From Octopus vulgaris (Eukaryota): a stretch of DNA of 64,000 nt. Positions within the stretch are counted from its first letter, which is position 1; each line of letters begins with the position of its first letter. The stretch is from NCBI GenBank assembly GCA_951406725.2, contig OX597826.1:80724001-80788000 (forward strand), read 5' to 3'. The notes under the pieces were generated by a model that worked only from the letters and a program-made list of their open reading frames with translations, was not told the DNA's origin and searched no databases. This document shows positions 13,401 through 27,484 of the stretch, one piece after another. A program made the translations under genes and the position numbers.

Positions 13401-14491
13401 CTACCATGCTCGTTTCAGAACCAGAGAATAAATAAGAAGAGAATAGAATAAGAGAAACTGGCAACTGGGCAACCCATGGTTTCCATAACAACATATCTAG
13501 GTTTGAAGTTAAAACAGAGCATCACATTAAACTCTTGTCTCTTTCAACAAATCGCTGCTATAAATTCTTTCTCTTTCTCACTCATACTCACAATATTAGA
13601 AATAAATTTTCGGTAAAATTTATTTTATAGTAAATCAATGTCAGTATTAGAAGGAAAAAAGATTCCAATGATGGTAATGAAATATTGATCGTTTTGACAA
13701 AGAACAATAAAGTTTTGTAAGCGAAAGGTAAGTAAATCAGACAATACATTACTGGTACTAATTCAGTCTTATCTGAGGGATAAAATTGGTAACTGTTCCC
13801 AGCAGTTTAAAATTCAGAAAAGCAAAGTATATCAAGCTGGTGATAAAGTCTCTCTGTGGTTACTTGACCTATCAGAATTAAGAGGTAAAGGTTCCTCAAA
13901 TAAGGCTCTTGTACTTTTTTTAATATCTTTTTTTACTAGCTATGTCTGGAGGAAGGGGCAGTAACCATGGCCTTCCCAGACCCTCCTAGACCAGTGCTAT
14001 TGATACTGTTAATGTTCCTCTGGAACCTTTGTGAGTCAAAATGTGCAGGAAAGACATGAGCGGAGGGGGGGGGGATTTCCAGAGGACTGTGCCTAATGAT
14101 TAGTGCAGGACCTAGGGGTTTGAATGTCACAAGGGTTAACTGAGAGGAGACAAAGTGAGTGTGACTAAAATGTTTGTGTGGAGGTGACATGAGCCCAACC
14201 AGCCCCAAGGAACAGATTTTTATAGTAGCACCAGAAAAGGCAGAAAAAGGAAACGGGCACACTTGTGGGGGTCAAGGACAAGAACATATCTGTGAGTGAC
14301 TTTATGCCAATCAGTTAGTTGAGCGGCCCTTTTCTGTAGGCAGCATCATCACCGTCTACATGTGAAAGCAATAGATTTCTTATGAGCCTCTATGTTGCAA
14401 AAAGAAAAAAAAATATGAGATGTTTATAGCTTGAGTATCTCTGATCATACTACTGCTCATTCAAGGCTAACCTGGGGTTAAACAACAGAAT

Positions 14492-14527
14492 TACACTTTG
14501 ATCTTAGCCAAAAGGCTGAGAAGTGAT
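14492..14527 (-). pseudogene. U2 snRNA 5' fragment (36 nt retro-pseudogene)
   Basis: Minus strand ATCACTTCTCAGCCTTTTGGCTAAGATCAAAGTGTA equals U2 5' end ATCGCTTCTCGGCCTTTTGGCTAAGATCAAAGTGTA with two CpG>CpA changes. AAACAACA lies near both flanks. Confidence 0.88.
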
Positions 14528-15158
14528 AAACAACATCAAAATTAGATAGTACAAAGATTTTAGTCAGGCATGTTATTGTCCTAATCAACACAACTGTTTT
14601 GATGTATTTAATGAAATCTTGAGTAATATTCTATTCTGAAAATCAATGCATATCATTAATATTTAAATTTTAAAATGCAAAGATATTTTCATCAAATAGC
14701 AGTCAGAGAACTGAAAAAAAAATCTATCAAATTAAATGAATTGCTAAATTATTTTGATACAGTGGAGAAGTGCAGAGGTCAGATAAATCAAGGTTAATCA
14801 TGGCATTATTATTTTTCTGGGGATTATATTCATTTCTTCAGGTGTTAATTAGTAAGTAAAAGGTAAAAAGTTCATATAAATGTCTTATTGAATTAATAAC
14901 TAATTCTGCAGCCTAAGGTTTGATATTTATCATACCCATTGTTATTATCCAAACATATGCAGTCTGTATAAATAATAGATGAATATATCATCATCATCAT
15001 CATCATCATCGTTTTACATCTACTTTTCAATGACTGCAGGAGTCAGAGCTTCTCTGAAGCAGAATTTTCTATGGTCAGACGTCCCTCTTCTCACCAACCC
15101 TCACCTGTTTCCAAGCAAGATAATATTTTACCAAGCAAACGTTAAATGACAATGATGA

Positions 15159-15230
<72 letters not shown>

Positions 15231-16264
15231 GAATTTTCTAAACTTTATACTATTAGCCTAATTGAGTTAACTATTTTCATAACAAAACAAATTATATTGC
15301 CGAAAACTCTTCACAACACTTTTTCCACTGATAAAATTCTGTGCCCCACTCATCAGAGCAGGTTTGAGAAGGCCATGCCTTGCTGATAAGGTCTAACAAG
15401 GCCAAAATACAATTGTAGTTGTCACTTTGTTCACCAACAAATTTTACATTTTACTTCTAAAGCATGAAAATTTGATTTTTTATTTTCTGTCTCCAATTAA
15501 ATGGCAAATCTCAATTCATTAAAAAGTTTTTGCATACATCGTTCAATATATCAACATCTAACCACATTATCAATTGAAAGATTCTTTTTAAATTGCATTC
15601 TGCTTAATTAACTGTCTTTGCTATAAATCTGTAGATTTAGACTTAATTATCCAATTAGTTTGTGCTCTTACTATTTCTTATTGTGTAACATCAAACGGAA
15701 GCCATGGCAAAGTCACACAGATATTGTTAAACCCAAGGCAGACCTGATGGCACAGACATAAAGTTGTTCCACCATAACCACCAAGTTCTAGATATCATTT
15801 TTCGGTATAGTGTATCTTGGACTACATTAAGATGCTTGTTTCATGACAGAAAAAGAGATCAAACAAAAAAAAACATTAATGGTGGACTTTAATGGAAAGT
15901 TAAGAATTACATTTCATAGTAAAGTTAAAAGAAAATCAATAAGATATGTGCGTGTGTTTGTCTACCCACCCCCACTGCAACTTGGCAACCGATGTTGGTT
16001 TGATTACATCCTCATAATTTAACATTTGGAAAAAGGACCAATAGAAAAAATACCAGACTTTAAAAAAATAAGGACTGGAGTAAATTTACTCAACTAAACC
16101 TTTCAAGGCATTGCTCCAGCATTGGCCACAGTCCAATGACTGAAACCAGCAAAAGATAAAAGCAGACGAATGCTTATTAATCATATTTATCTTTAATAAA
16201 ATTACTTAAACTATGCTTTTCAAGACACTCAAGAATTAGTATGAATTTTCTTAAGCCTTAAATA

Positions 16265-16570
16265 ATCATCATCATCGTTTAACATCCGTTTTCTATGCTA
16301 GCATGGGTGGGACGGTTTGACCGGGGTCTGGGAAGCCAGGAGGCTGCACCAGGCTCCAATCCGATCTGGCAGAGCTTCTACAGCTTGATGCCCTTCCTAA
16401 TGCCAACCACTCTGTGAGTGTAGTGGGTGCTTTTTACATGCCACCGGCATGGAAGGCAGTCAAGGCGGCACTGGCATCAGCCATATTTGGATGGTGCTTT
16501 TTACGTGCAACTGGCACAGGGATCACAACTACAATTTCCATTGATTTTTGATGTTGATGTACTTGACTCA
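16265..16570 (-). mobile_element. Family C repeat
   Basis: As above. Confidence 0.8.
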
Positions 16571-17559
16571 ATAGGTCTCCTCAATAGGTTTCCTCATCTC
16601 CTCAAATAATACTTTCAAAACTTCCACAATACATTAGGCCACCATGGTATACTACATGAGAACCACTGAGATAGGGTGCAATTTGGGAGACATTTAGCTG
16701 CTATATCTTGTAGGCTGTGCAGCCACCATAAGCTCTCTCAGTGGATTGTATATGCAAGCAGTAGTTGTTTAGGCCCAGGTCAGCTCTGATAAAACAAACT
16801 ATCAGAGAAAAACCATTCCAGCTGTGACCATCTTATTTTCTCAAATACATTGTGTCTAGGATTTCCTTATCCAGTATGTCATTCCTTTTAAGACAGATAT
16901 TTAGCTGCTACTTATAGCAGGTTGAGAAACCACATACAGGCTCTCTCATTGACACACCTGTGCAGATAGTGAAATCTGTCAGAGTACAATAAATAACATT
17001 CAACATGGGATTTGAAATTGTATTGGTGCAACTAATATTGTGAGCAACCAAAGAATGAAGACCATGGTCTATATGGCCTGGCTCATGCAATTTTTGTGCA
17101 GGTGACTGGGCATTCCACAGACACGTGTACCCTTAACGCAATCCTCAAGGAGATTCATCGTGACATAGAATGTGACAAGGCTGGACCTTTGGTTTATGGA
17201 TACAGCTCATTTTTGCCAGCTGAGTGAACTGGAGCAATGAGAAATAAAGGGTCTGGCCCAAGGACACAACACACCACTGGGGATCAAACTTACAACCTCA
17301 CAATCAAGAGCCAAATACCCTCACCACTAAACCACGTGCCTTCTCCTCCCAACCTTTTTCAAGAAGCAGGCCACATGAGACATGGCTTATCATCAGGCTG
17401 GCTTCACTATTAAAAAAATTCAAGGTTATTTTTCCCTGGCAATCCATTCAGAAAGTCACTCAAGCAGCCTGTAGGCTGCAGGTCATAGTTTGCTCGTCAC
17501 TGATCTGTATGCTATAAGGGTTCAAGAGATGACCTATCTAATGTTAGGAATGGGGATAA

Positions 17560-17775
17560 TGATGGTTTCGAATTTTGCCACAAGGGCAGCAATTTTGGGG
17601 GAGGGGGATGAGTCAATTACATCAACCCATGTGTTTCACTGGCACTTAATTTATCAAACCAGAAAGGATGAAAGGCAAAGTTGACTTTGGCAGAATTTGA
17701 ACTCAGAATGTAGTGACAAGCAAAATCTCGCCAAGCATTTCGTCCAGCAGGCTCTAACGATTCTGTCAGCTCACC
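17560..17775 (-). mobile_element. Family B SINE (further diverged copies at ~9555-9770, 42415-42620, 43195-43400, 62190-62380)
   Basis: GAAAGGATGAAAGGCAAAGTTGAC...GAATTTGAACTC. Confidence 0.8.
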
Positions 17776-19669
17776 AGGAATCGAGATAATAATGACAACA
17801 CAACTGAAGTGAAACCTAGATGAAAAAAGAATTTTTTTTTAAACTGAAAGAAGTGCTAAGCTGCTTATTACAAAAGGATTCTCTCTTCTCATTAACACAG
17901 AATGCAATATAAGCAGCAAAGCCATGCAGCAACAGGAAATTATCAGGCTGACCAGCTATATAGGAAGTTGAACACAAACTTGAAGGTGGAAATTGTAAAA
18001 GGATTTTGTAGCCTGGTCACTGTTATTATACATACACAGCAAAGACAGAGTGTGCAATTGTGATGACTAAACTAATATTGATGTAAGAATGGTGAAAAAA
18101 AGGTAGAACAAGTTAGTGATGGTATATAACAGGAACAAGTTATAGAAACTTGGATGAAATTATTAGACCAGACTTTAGTATGCTATTGTTGACATCCTAC
18201 CATTATCTGAATGGAGAAAAAAAAGAGGATGATAAAAAGAATTTCTGAAGTTTACATATACAGTGCATTGTTTACATTCCTATAACACCATATTGAAGCT
18301 ATTTCTTCACAGCTTTTCCAACTTTCTTCATTTGCACTCATTTCTGTCACTTAGTCAATGGCAGACTTTTAACACTACCATCAAACAGGCTGTCTTTTGT
18401 ACAAAGAGGGAATCACATCTTTGTGAATACAAGAAAGAATTCTCACAGCTTCACCTAGCAGCAACAAACTGTGTTATCACTATTCCCCTTTGCCACTACG
18501 GCAGACTAAGATCACCTGTGGAAGTTGATTTATCCTGTCAACAACAGTAGACAGTCATCTCTGTTCATGATCAAGCAAGGCTATTGACTCCATCACCAAG
18601 TGCATACACCGGGTGCACCAGGAAAATATGACTTCATGAAGTTTTCAACTGACATTTATCAACTAAGACCAGAACCAAATTGATGTTCGGTTTTGCTTTA
18701 TCATTTTAATTCAACCAGTATAACAAAATTTGAAAAAGAAAAAAAATATATAACTGCAGCAAAACCAATTAATAATTATTAATTAATTTAATTAGTGAAC
18801 AGACAAAAATACAAAAGCAATGTAATTATGATAATACTTGTCCTCGTACATAAAAATATAGCAAATGGTGAACTGTTTGACTAGTTTAGAAGAAAAACAA
18901 CATTGTTTTAACTGTTAAGCTTTTCAGATTCCAGTGCACCTAGAATGCCTCCCAGATGTGGTATTTATAACAAAGATGGCAGATGTGTGCAAGTGCTCTG
19001 GTAAATTTTCTGCATGCAAGAGGAGGAATTTTAATGACTTTCTCTCTCTCTCCCTTTCTCAGAGAACCTACAAAAAGTGGTTTTCCTAACTACACATCAA
19101 TAGCTGATTGATTGTCCAAATATTTTACAGTATGCTGAAGCAAAACTGATCCAGTTACAATTAACAAGTCTAACGAGTTTCATAATTTATCACGAGTCAA
19201 AAAGGGAGGCAGTGCCCGCTATCGCTTACAGGACCTCTGAGACTTGGGGAATTGGGGGTGGGGTATTCTCATGCTCTAACAACTCTGCTGCCTCACAATA
19301 AAAATATAAAAGTCTTATATGAGAACTTGTTCTCCATTTTACATTCTAACAGGGATAATTTTCGAAAATGTAGCCATATGATTTTGGTTAACTAAGCATT
19401 CTTACAATTCTCACACCAATCCATACAAACCATTCAGCTGTATACTTAAACCTGACATCAGACATGTATTAAAGCAAAGAGCATGGGTGTGGTGTACCAT
19501 GCCCAGAAACACAAATTCAAAAATTCTGGAACCTGTTGGTTACAATGTACACAATGTCTAAACCAACATGGACGTTCAACCATTTTGGTTCCATATAAGA
19601 AATGATAAAATACAAAAACTTCACCATGTTGGTAATACTGAGGAAATGAATATCTTTCACTGGGTTCAG

Positions 19670-19958
19670 ACATTAGACAGCAACCAGACTGGGGCACCAC
19701 CTTGAACTTTTAGTAGAACAAATTGACCCTGGTGCTTTTTATTTTAAGCCAGGTACCTTACTCTATCGATCTCTTTTGTCAAACTTCTAAGTTATGCAGA
19801 CATAAACAAACCAACACCAATCGTCAAGCAGCCAGGGTGGGGGGGACAAATACAGACACAAACAGAGAGACAGACAGATCAATTAATGAATAGATAGACA
19901 GACAGATAGATGCACAGACAGACAGATATAGATATACATATGTATGTATGTATGTATG

Positions 19959-19996
<38 letters not shown>

Positions 19997-20018
19997 GATA
20001 TATATATAGATATACAAA

Positions 20019-20073
<55 letters not shown>

Positions 20074-20370
20074 CATACAGATATATAGATATACAAATAT
20101 ATAGACAGATATATATATATATGCAGATATATATACAGATATAGAGAGATACTGGTAGATAGATATATAGAGATATGGGTAGAGAGATATAGGCAGAGAG
20201 AAACAAAGATATATGACAGGCTTCTTTCAGTTTCGATCTGCCAAATCCTCTGATAAGGTTTTGGTTGGCCCAAGGCTATAGCAGAAGACACTCTCCCAAA
20301 GTGCCATGCAGTGGAACTGAACTCAGAACCATGTGGCTGGGATGTAAACTTCTTACCAAACAATCATACT
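19670..20370 (-). mobile_element. Family A SINE with expanded internal microsatellite
   Basis: Both modules present, separated by ~350 bp of TA/GATA/TATG repeats. Confidence 0.8.
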
Positions 20371-22335
20371 GTATGTATGATTCCAAATGTTATTAGAAGA
20401 TTCTTAGAACCAAAAGCTGATAAGAAAGGGTGGATAAAGACGGAGAGTAGAATTAATGAGATCAAAAGTGGTTCATTTATGCAAAACCACTCGTACCAAA
20501 TATAAAACAAATAGCTTGAACTGAAAAGATATTAGGAAATAGCTGCAAATGTCATGGAAACAACTTCATAAATCTTGCACAAGCATTAACCACAATGGAG
20601 AGGTTACACAGTGCTGTAACTCATTCATCAAACGTATTTACATAAAACACTGATACACGAATCTCGAAACACGGTGAATGTATTAATTAGACATTATGCC
20701 TTCATGCAATCAAGTGGAAGACCCGACACTAATTCCCAGCTCTGTTTCACTTACATTGCTAATGCTCTTCAAAAAACGAACAGGGTTGACCTGCAACTCC
20801 CTGAAATGTTTTAGACAGCATGCCTACCTACAGCAACGAAGAAGAATTTACTTCGGTGTATTCTAGGAAGTCACGAATATATTACTTTGTAGGAAAATGA
20901 ACTCTCCTTTACAAATCATGAGAGCCCACAGATGGAAACTGAAAGAAGCCTGTCATATATCTTTGTTTCTCTCTACCTATATCTCTCTATATCTATCTAT
21001 ATCTATATCTATCTATTTAAATCTATATCTATCTATATCTATATATCTATCTATCTATCTATCTATATCTATATCCATCTATATCTATATATCTATCTAT
21101 CTATCTATCTATATCTATCTCAGGTAATAGATTAACTAATCAAATTTATACTCATTTCTCACCAACATTAAGTACACTAACTGAACGCATTAGATTAAAA
21201 AAGTAACTTCACAACACAATTGCAGGCTAAATAAAGTTGTGCTTCTACTGTGCTTTTAGATTGTTACATTGTCTCTCATTAAACTAGTGTCAAGGATTTT
21301 AGAAAGAATATATTCAGGAACAGGACCTTTGGCTGCTTTTCAAAGCCTAGTGATGATCTCATGCCTCTAACATTGCATCACTGTATAATCCTTCTTATCG
21401 GTGAATTGTATCTTCAATTAGTCTTATCAACATTTGTGGTGTAATCAAAGATTTATGCTACAGCTTGGCTCTTAATAAAAGGAAGTTTAAAGATCAGTTA
21501 TATTCCACCAGCAAATTTACATCGTAAGAAAAATTGTCAGTTTAATTATATGGCAATTAGCACCAGTCTGTTAGGAGAACGAAGCCTGAATGAGGGCAGC
21601 ATCCAATCCTAGACAAATTTTTTCCCTTCAGTGGTAAAAGTTTTGCAAAGTTAGAGAAAAGCATTCGACCAACTTAATGAATCATCAAGAGGAAGAAAAA
21701 AAACTTACTAAAAAAAAGAAAAGTTAACATTAAAATATTCATAATGAAGTAAGACGAAGCTAGCTTTAATCTTTTTCTTCTTCATCACTTATCATTCTAA
21801 ATCAACATCTCAAGCAGAATGGGAAGAGAATGTTGGAATATTTGGCTTCAGCTTAAATTCCTGCAGAAAAATAGTTTGAATTTCATTTTTCATGCAGAGT
21901 TAAATGTGACATGATGAAAAATACAGAATCATTTGAAACCAAATCTGTAAATATTTCATATGACTTGCCTATTAGATCTATAAAGTATTCGGCTGTCTAG
22001 CCAGGTTTCAAGTTGAAGAATGTTATTACTTATATATAATGGATTACATTTTTAAACGCCTGTTGAATAACCAACAATAATTCCTTTCAGTATATAGATA
22101 TTGTAATAAATTCTTTAAATGTCTTGTTTGCGTATGTTTTTACACCTACACAACACTTACAGAGAAATTGGTATTAGAATATTTCCCAAAACAATATTGA
22201 TTCGTTAACATTTAAACTTGCGACATTATCTTGAATCAATATGAGCATGTATAAATGAAGAAGAAAAAAAACAGTAATGGGTATAAAGTAATACTGTACG
22301 AAGAAAGAAATTTTGTAGTCCCAAAGTAAAAAGGA

Positions 22336-22369
<34 letters not shown>

Positions 22370-22730
22370 TTTTTTATTTGTTTCAGTCATTCGACTGTGG
22401 CCATGCTGGAGCACTGCCTTAGAGCAAATTGACCCTAGGATATTCTTTGTAAGCCTAGTACTTAATCTATCAGTCTCTTTTGCCGAACCACTATGTTACG
22501 GGGACATAAACACACCAGCATCGGTTGTCAAGTGATGTTGGGGGAACAAACACAGACACACAAACATACATACACACACAGATATATATATAGATACATA
22601 CATACATACAATGGGCTTCTTGTTTATTTCCATCTACTAAATCCACTCGCCCAAGGTGCCATGCAGTGGGACTGAACCCAGAGCCATGTGGTTGGTAAGC
22701 AAGCTACTTACCACACAGCCAGGCCTGCAC
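22370..22730 (-). mobile_element. Family A SINE with internal deletion
   Basis: Same modules as 12667-13057. Confidence 0.85.
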
Positions 22731-23240
22731 CTATTTATATATTCATAAATCATACATAATAGAAAAATGCAAAAATGTATAGTGAAAGCTTTGTATAAGA
22801 TGTAGGAAGTGATTAAGATTGATGCATTTAATACAGACTCTGATGTTGTTCATGGGTAACTATCCTCATTTTGTATATCTAGAAGCACATTGTCCAATGT
22901 GCCCTTCCTTCCTTTCTGAAGATGCTAGGGTGTAATTTGAGGAGTGTTTGGCTGCTGTTTGTAGCAGATTGAGACACTGTGAAGAAACTTTTTTCATTGG
23001 CTCAAGAGTCTGAAGAGTCTGCAGTCTCTTCTCTCCCATGGGAGAGAAGAGACATCCACAGGCCCAGGGATTAGAATTAATGATTATATTTAACTTTAGA
23101 CAGAAAAACACAGTACAAGGTAAAGAATTTCAAACAGGACAAGGTAAAGAATTTAAAATAGACAAAGAGTTGAGTGTTAGCGAAAGATGAAAGTTTTATA
23201 ATAAATAACTTCAAAAAACTAAATTTTAATGTTACAACAC

Positions 23241-23638
23241 TCTCTTTACTCTTTTTACTCTTTTACTTGTTTCAGTCATTTGACTGTGGCCATGCTGGAG
23301 CACCGCCTTTTAGTCGAGCAAATCGACCCCAGGACTTATTCTTTGTATGCCCAGTACTTATTCTATCGGTCTCTTTTGCCGAACCGCTAAGTAACGGGGA
23401 CGTAAACACACCAGCATCGGTTGTCAAGCAATGCTAGGGGGGACATACACACAAACATATATATATACATATATACGACGGGCTTCTTTCAGTTTCCGTC
23501 TACCAAATCCACTCACAAGGCATTGGTCGGCCCGGGGCTATAGCAGAAGACACTTGCCCAAGGTGCCACGCAGTGGGATTGAACCCGGAACCATGTGGTT
23601 GGTTAGCAAGCTACTTACCACACGGCCACTCCTGCGCC
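23241..23638 (-). mobile_element. Family A SINE, full length, low divergence
   Basis: Nearly identical to 12667-13057, tail (GTAAAAGA)n. Confidence 0.9.
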
Positions 23639-24535
23639 TATTCCTGTTTAATTGAGTTTATGATTATGTGCTAAGAGAGATTTCGGTTTATCATCTAAAA
23701 ATAAATTACATACAATTTTCTAACTGAAGAAAAGAATCAACAACAAACAAGTGTATGAGAGGCAGGAGCAATGACTGTGTTCAAATGGGTGTGGAATCCA
23801 TTATAGCAGTAATGCAAGGGAAAGAGAGAGGACAAGAGAATGATGGACCCCGTGGGGGCTGCTTAAAGTAATGTGATATTTCTGTGAGACACACAGAACA
23901 TCAGATTTCAAAAGAAAGAGAATCTTAATTCATCATTCCTTGATTGTAAAGCGATGAAAGGATGGATACACATCCTTATGCACATCTTGTACAAACCATA
24001 TTCTGATCGATCTTGGAAACTGTTAAATTTCTTGATTTATGCAATCTAATTTGAAGTAATCTCGTACTGTAATCAGCAACACAATCGCTTGACAAGTGAT
24101 GCTTCAAGAGCTGGCGGCAGACCTGTATTTCTTTTTCTGTCTTAGAGTAGTGCTTTATAAAGTCTTATTTACATAAAAAAATTTCAGTCTTAAACTATGA
24201 TTAATGAGTAATCCTCAAACCCAAGACCTAGTTCAGATATTTTTAACAGAGTAAACACCACTAAAGGTATCCAAATGTGAAAAGGTAGTCTTAATTCCAA
24301 TAGGAATTGGAAATTGTCTCTGTGAATAAACACAGAAATATATCAGCACTGAGGAAAGTTCATTGCCAAAGCAGAAATAAATGGCTTTATGAATGAGTCA
24401 ACAAGTTTTCTACAGCAAAAAATTAGCTGGGGGGATGGGGTTGATAAAGACAATCAACTCTTATTAATGGGGGTGGGGAACACCCAGCAATGTAACAGAA
24501 AGAGTGTAAAATCACTATGATTTGAAAACCATGTT

Positions 24536-24905
24536 ATTATTACCTCTGCCTTAGCAAAGGCAGAGGTATTATTTTCAGTCGTGTTTGTTTGTTTGTCCAT
24601 GGACAAGATATCTCAAGAACTGCAGGATGGATTTGGATGAAACACTCGGGAATGTTTGGCCTCATGACCGGCACAAACTGATTAGATTTAGGGATCGATC
24701 CAGTACCAGACAAGGATTCTGGATTATTTTTTTCTGTTTTTTTTTTTACTTAATTTTTGAAAGCGAGCGGGTTCATTTCTAGTATCCTCGTTTGTGAGAG
24801 CAGTCAAGTTTATTTCAGATATTCTCATTTTTAAAATCATCTCTGGCTAATTGTTGAGAGGTCGTTGGTATCGCCTTGGCGGAGGTTGGCGCTCTCTGAG
24901 AGCTC
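24536..24905 (+). mobile_element. Helentron-associated non-autonomous element (HINE/DINE-1-like)
   Basis: 5' TTATTACCTCTGCCTT...GGCAGAGGT short palindrome, (GTTT)n, 3' subterminal inverted repeat CCTTGGCGGAGGT followed by a small hairpin GCTCTCTGAGAGC. Confidence 0.7.
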
Positions 24906-25179
24906 ATTTACATTTCTTTCAACCAAACAAATAAAAAGCAAGAGGTTTCCTCTCTGAAGCATTTTTACAAGACACTCAAGAAAAAGGAAATCATCAAACA
25001 GATGTGACTAACAACTTTAGTAGAAGACATTTTGATAAACAATGGGGAAATGGATATGCACATCTCTTGGCAGAGCAATGTGTATGGGACTTAGCGTTTG
25101 CAAAATGCACTCAAATGAGCACCAGTACATAACTATGGAGTCCCACATCTGTAATATATTGAGCTGAAAGGTTGATTGA

Positions 25180-25620
25180 CTGAGCTTATTCTTACAATTA
25201 GTGAAACAGTCTTTCTGAGGTGTTTAAAACCTAAAACAAACAAGAGAGGCATCTGGTAGTCTTGCAATACCAGGATCTGTACCTAAAGATCTTACTTCAG
25301 TCTCGTTGGTGGAGCAGTGTCTGCTGTGACTGCAGAGACATAATATGTGACAGTCCCAGCTGCATTTGCTGCTGCTGTCCACCAGTCTTGCTTTGAGGCC
25401 ATTTTTTCAATTTTGCTTTACTTCATCAGCAAACCACAGCATCTCTTCTTTGAAGAGGATCGAATCCACCCCATGCACAACTGATGTGGACATGTACCTC
25501 ACCTTTATCTTGGCCTGTAGTAGTGAAGAAGGTGCCAAGGTACTTGAATTGACAGACCTCTTCCAGAACCTTACCATGGAGTATGACAGGTACTTTTTCT
25601 GAGGATGGGATGTCAACATA
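25180..25620 (-). mobile_element. Decayed RTE-clade LINE reverse transcriptase remnant
   Basis: Minus remnant FKYLGTFFTTTGQDKGEVHVHISCAWGGFDPLQ (cf. FKYLGS.I...G....EI..RI..A..AF..L). Confidence 0.6.
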
Positions 25621-25648
25621 TATAATCTTTCTCTTGGAAGCACTAGTT

Positions 25649-25698
<50 letters not shown>

Positions 25699-26544
25699 AC
25701 ATCCAACAGCTGACTGGATAACCAATAGTTGTCACCAGTTATTGTAGTAAAGTTGTCAGTATAGTTGAGGTTGATGATAGTGAAATGCCATGCCATTGTG
25801 ACATCCAAGAACGGCAAGAGAATGCTCTGAGATCCAGTCAATGATATAGTTCAGTGGTTCTCAACCCTTTTTTGCCTAAGGACTGCTTTTTATTCTGATT
25901 TTACTCTGCTGGACCTTCATCATCATTCGATGGATATAAAAACAATCTTACTGTATTTTTATAGCAAAATATTTTTAAGAAATGTATAAAAAAATTTTAA
26001 TATTTTGTGTATTGTAGAGTATTATAACCAATTTATTGCACATAAATTTTAACAACAAATATCTTATATGGTCCCTGATCTAGTTGAAGACTGTTGGAAA
26101 TAGAACAGAGCTCTGCCAGACATCTGAGCAAATTTCAAAGGGGACAGGTTTCTCACCATAACCATGAACCTTTGCTCATAGAGAACTGCAATGTGCTCAA
26201 ACGAGAGTCAGCTTTATAAGTAACCTTTGTGCAATCACAATAACTCAGTGTGCACTACAAAAGACAAACTCAAAAGGCTGCTACAAAGTTCACAAAGCAA
26301 GTCTCAAGGAAGAAATTCTGTGTGCCAGACACAAATGACCACATGTTGTTGATGAGATCTAACAAGGCTGAAAACCAGTCAGAGGCTGTCACTAGTTGAC
26401 TTTAAAAGATAGGAACTAATCTTCTGTACATAAGCTTTCATAGGAATTTTTCATCTGTTATATATGTAAGACTAAGTGCTTTTAGCATGCAGCACTCCCT
26501 CCAAATACCAATGCCAATATTTATATATATACACACACACACAG

Positions 26545-26780
26545 AGATTCGAGCGAGGTTGTTGCCAGTACCGCCTGACTGGCCCCATGCCAGTGGCATG
26601 TAAAAGCACCCACTACACTCTCAGAGTGGTTGGTGTTAGGAAGGGCATCCAGCTGTAGAAACTCTGCCAGATCAAGATTGGAGCTTGGTGCAGCCATTTG
26701 GTTCACCAGCCCTCAGTCAAATCGTCCAACCCATGCCAGCAATGGAAAGCAGACGTTAAACAATGATGATGATGATGATC
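26545..26780 (+). mobile_element. Family C repeat
   Basis: As above, ends GACGTTAAACAATGATGATGAT. Confidence 0.8.
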
Positions 26781-27149
26781 ACACACACACACACACACAC
26801 ATGCGCGCGCACACACACACGTAATGATTATCTCTTAAGTCTTATGCTTCGCTGAGATCCAACAAGATCAAAACATGTCTGTTGCTTTCACTAGCGAGCT
26901 TTAAGAAACACGACCCATCCTTAAATGCTTTGTCAATTTTCCAAAAGTTTTAATTAACTGATATTATAATTATTTCTCAGGTTCGTTGTGCTTAGGTTTT
27001 AAACATCTTTAGAAAGTTTCTTTTTTATATTTTTAATTGCAAAGATAATATTAAGTTAATCAAAGTTTTTTAAACGATGCCTCCCACCAACGAGAATGAA
27101 AAACAAAGTTGACCACAACAGTATTTGAACTTGTATATGAAACATAAAC

Positions 27150-27450
27150 AGAGAGATGTGGCTTCATGGTAAGAAGTTTGCTCCCCAACCACATGGTTCC
27201 AAGCTCAGTCCTATGGCTTGGGACATTGGGCAAGTGTCTTCTACTATAGCCTTGGGCCAACCAAAGTTGTGCGAGTGTTTTTGGTAGACAGAAACTAAAA
27301 GAAGCCTTGTGTGTGTGTGTGTGTGTCACCACCACTTAACCAATGTTGGTGTGCTTGCATCCCCATGATTTAGTGGTTCAGCAAAAGAGTTCGATGGAAT
27401 AAGTACTGGGCTTAAAAAATACTAAGCACTTGAATCGATTCGTTTATGCC
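27150..27450 (+). mobile_element. Family A SINE, diverged
   Basis: Head, core and start of second module. Confidence 0.78.
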
Positions 27451-27484
27451 CAGAATAATACTTTGTATCATTGGAATATCAGTG

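Noticed and set aside
13936-14262. 108-aa GC-richer minus-strand ORF
   Set aside because: Possibly a decayed retroelement piece, but no motif I can support.
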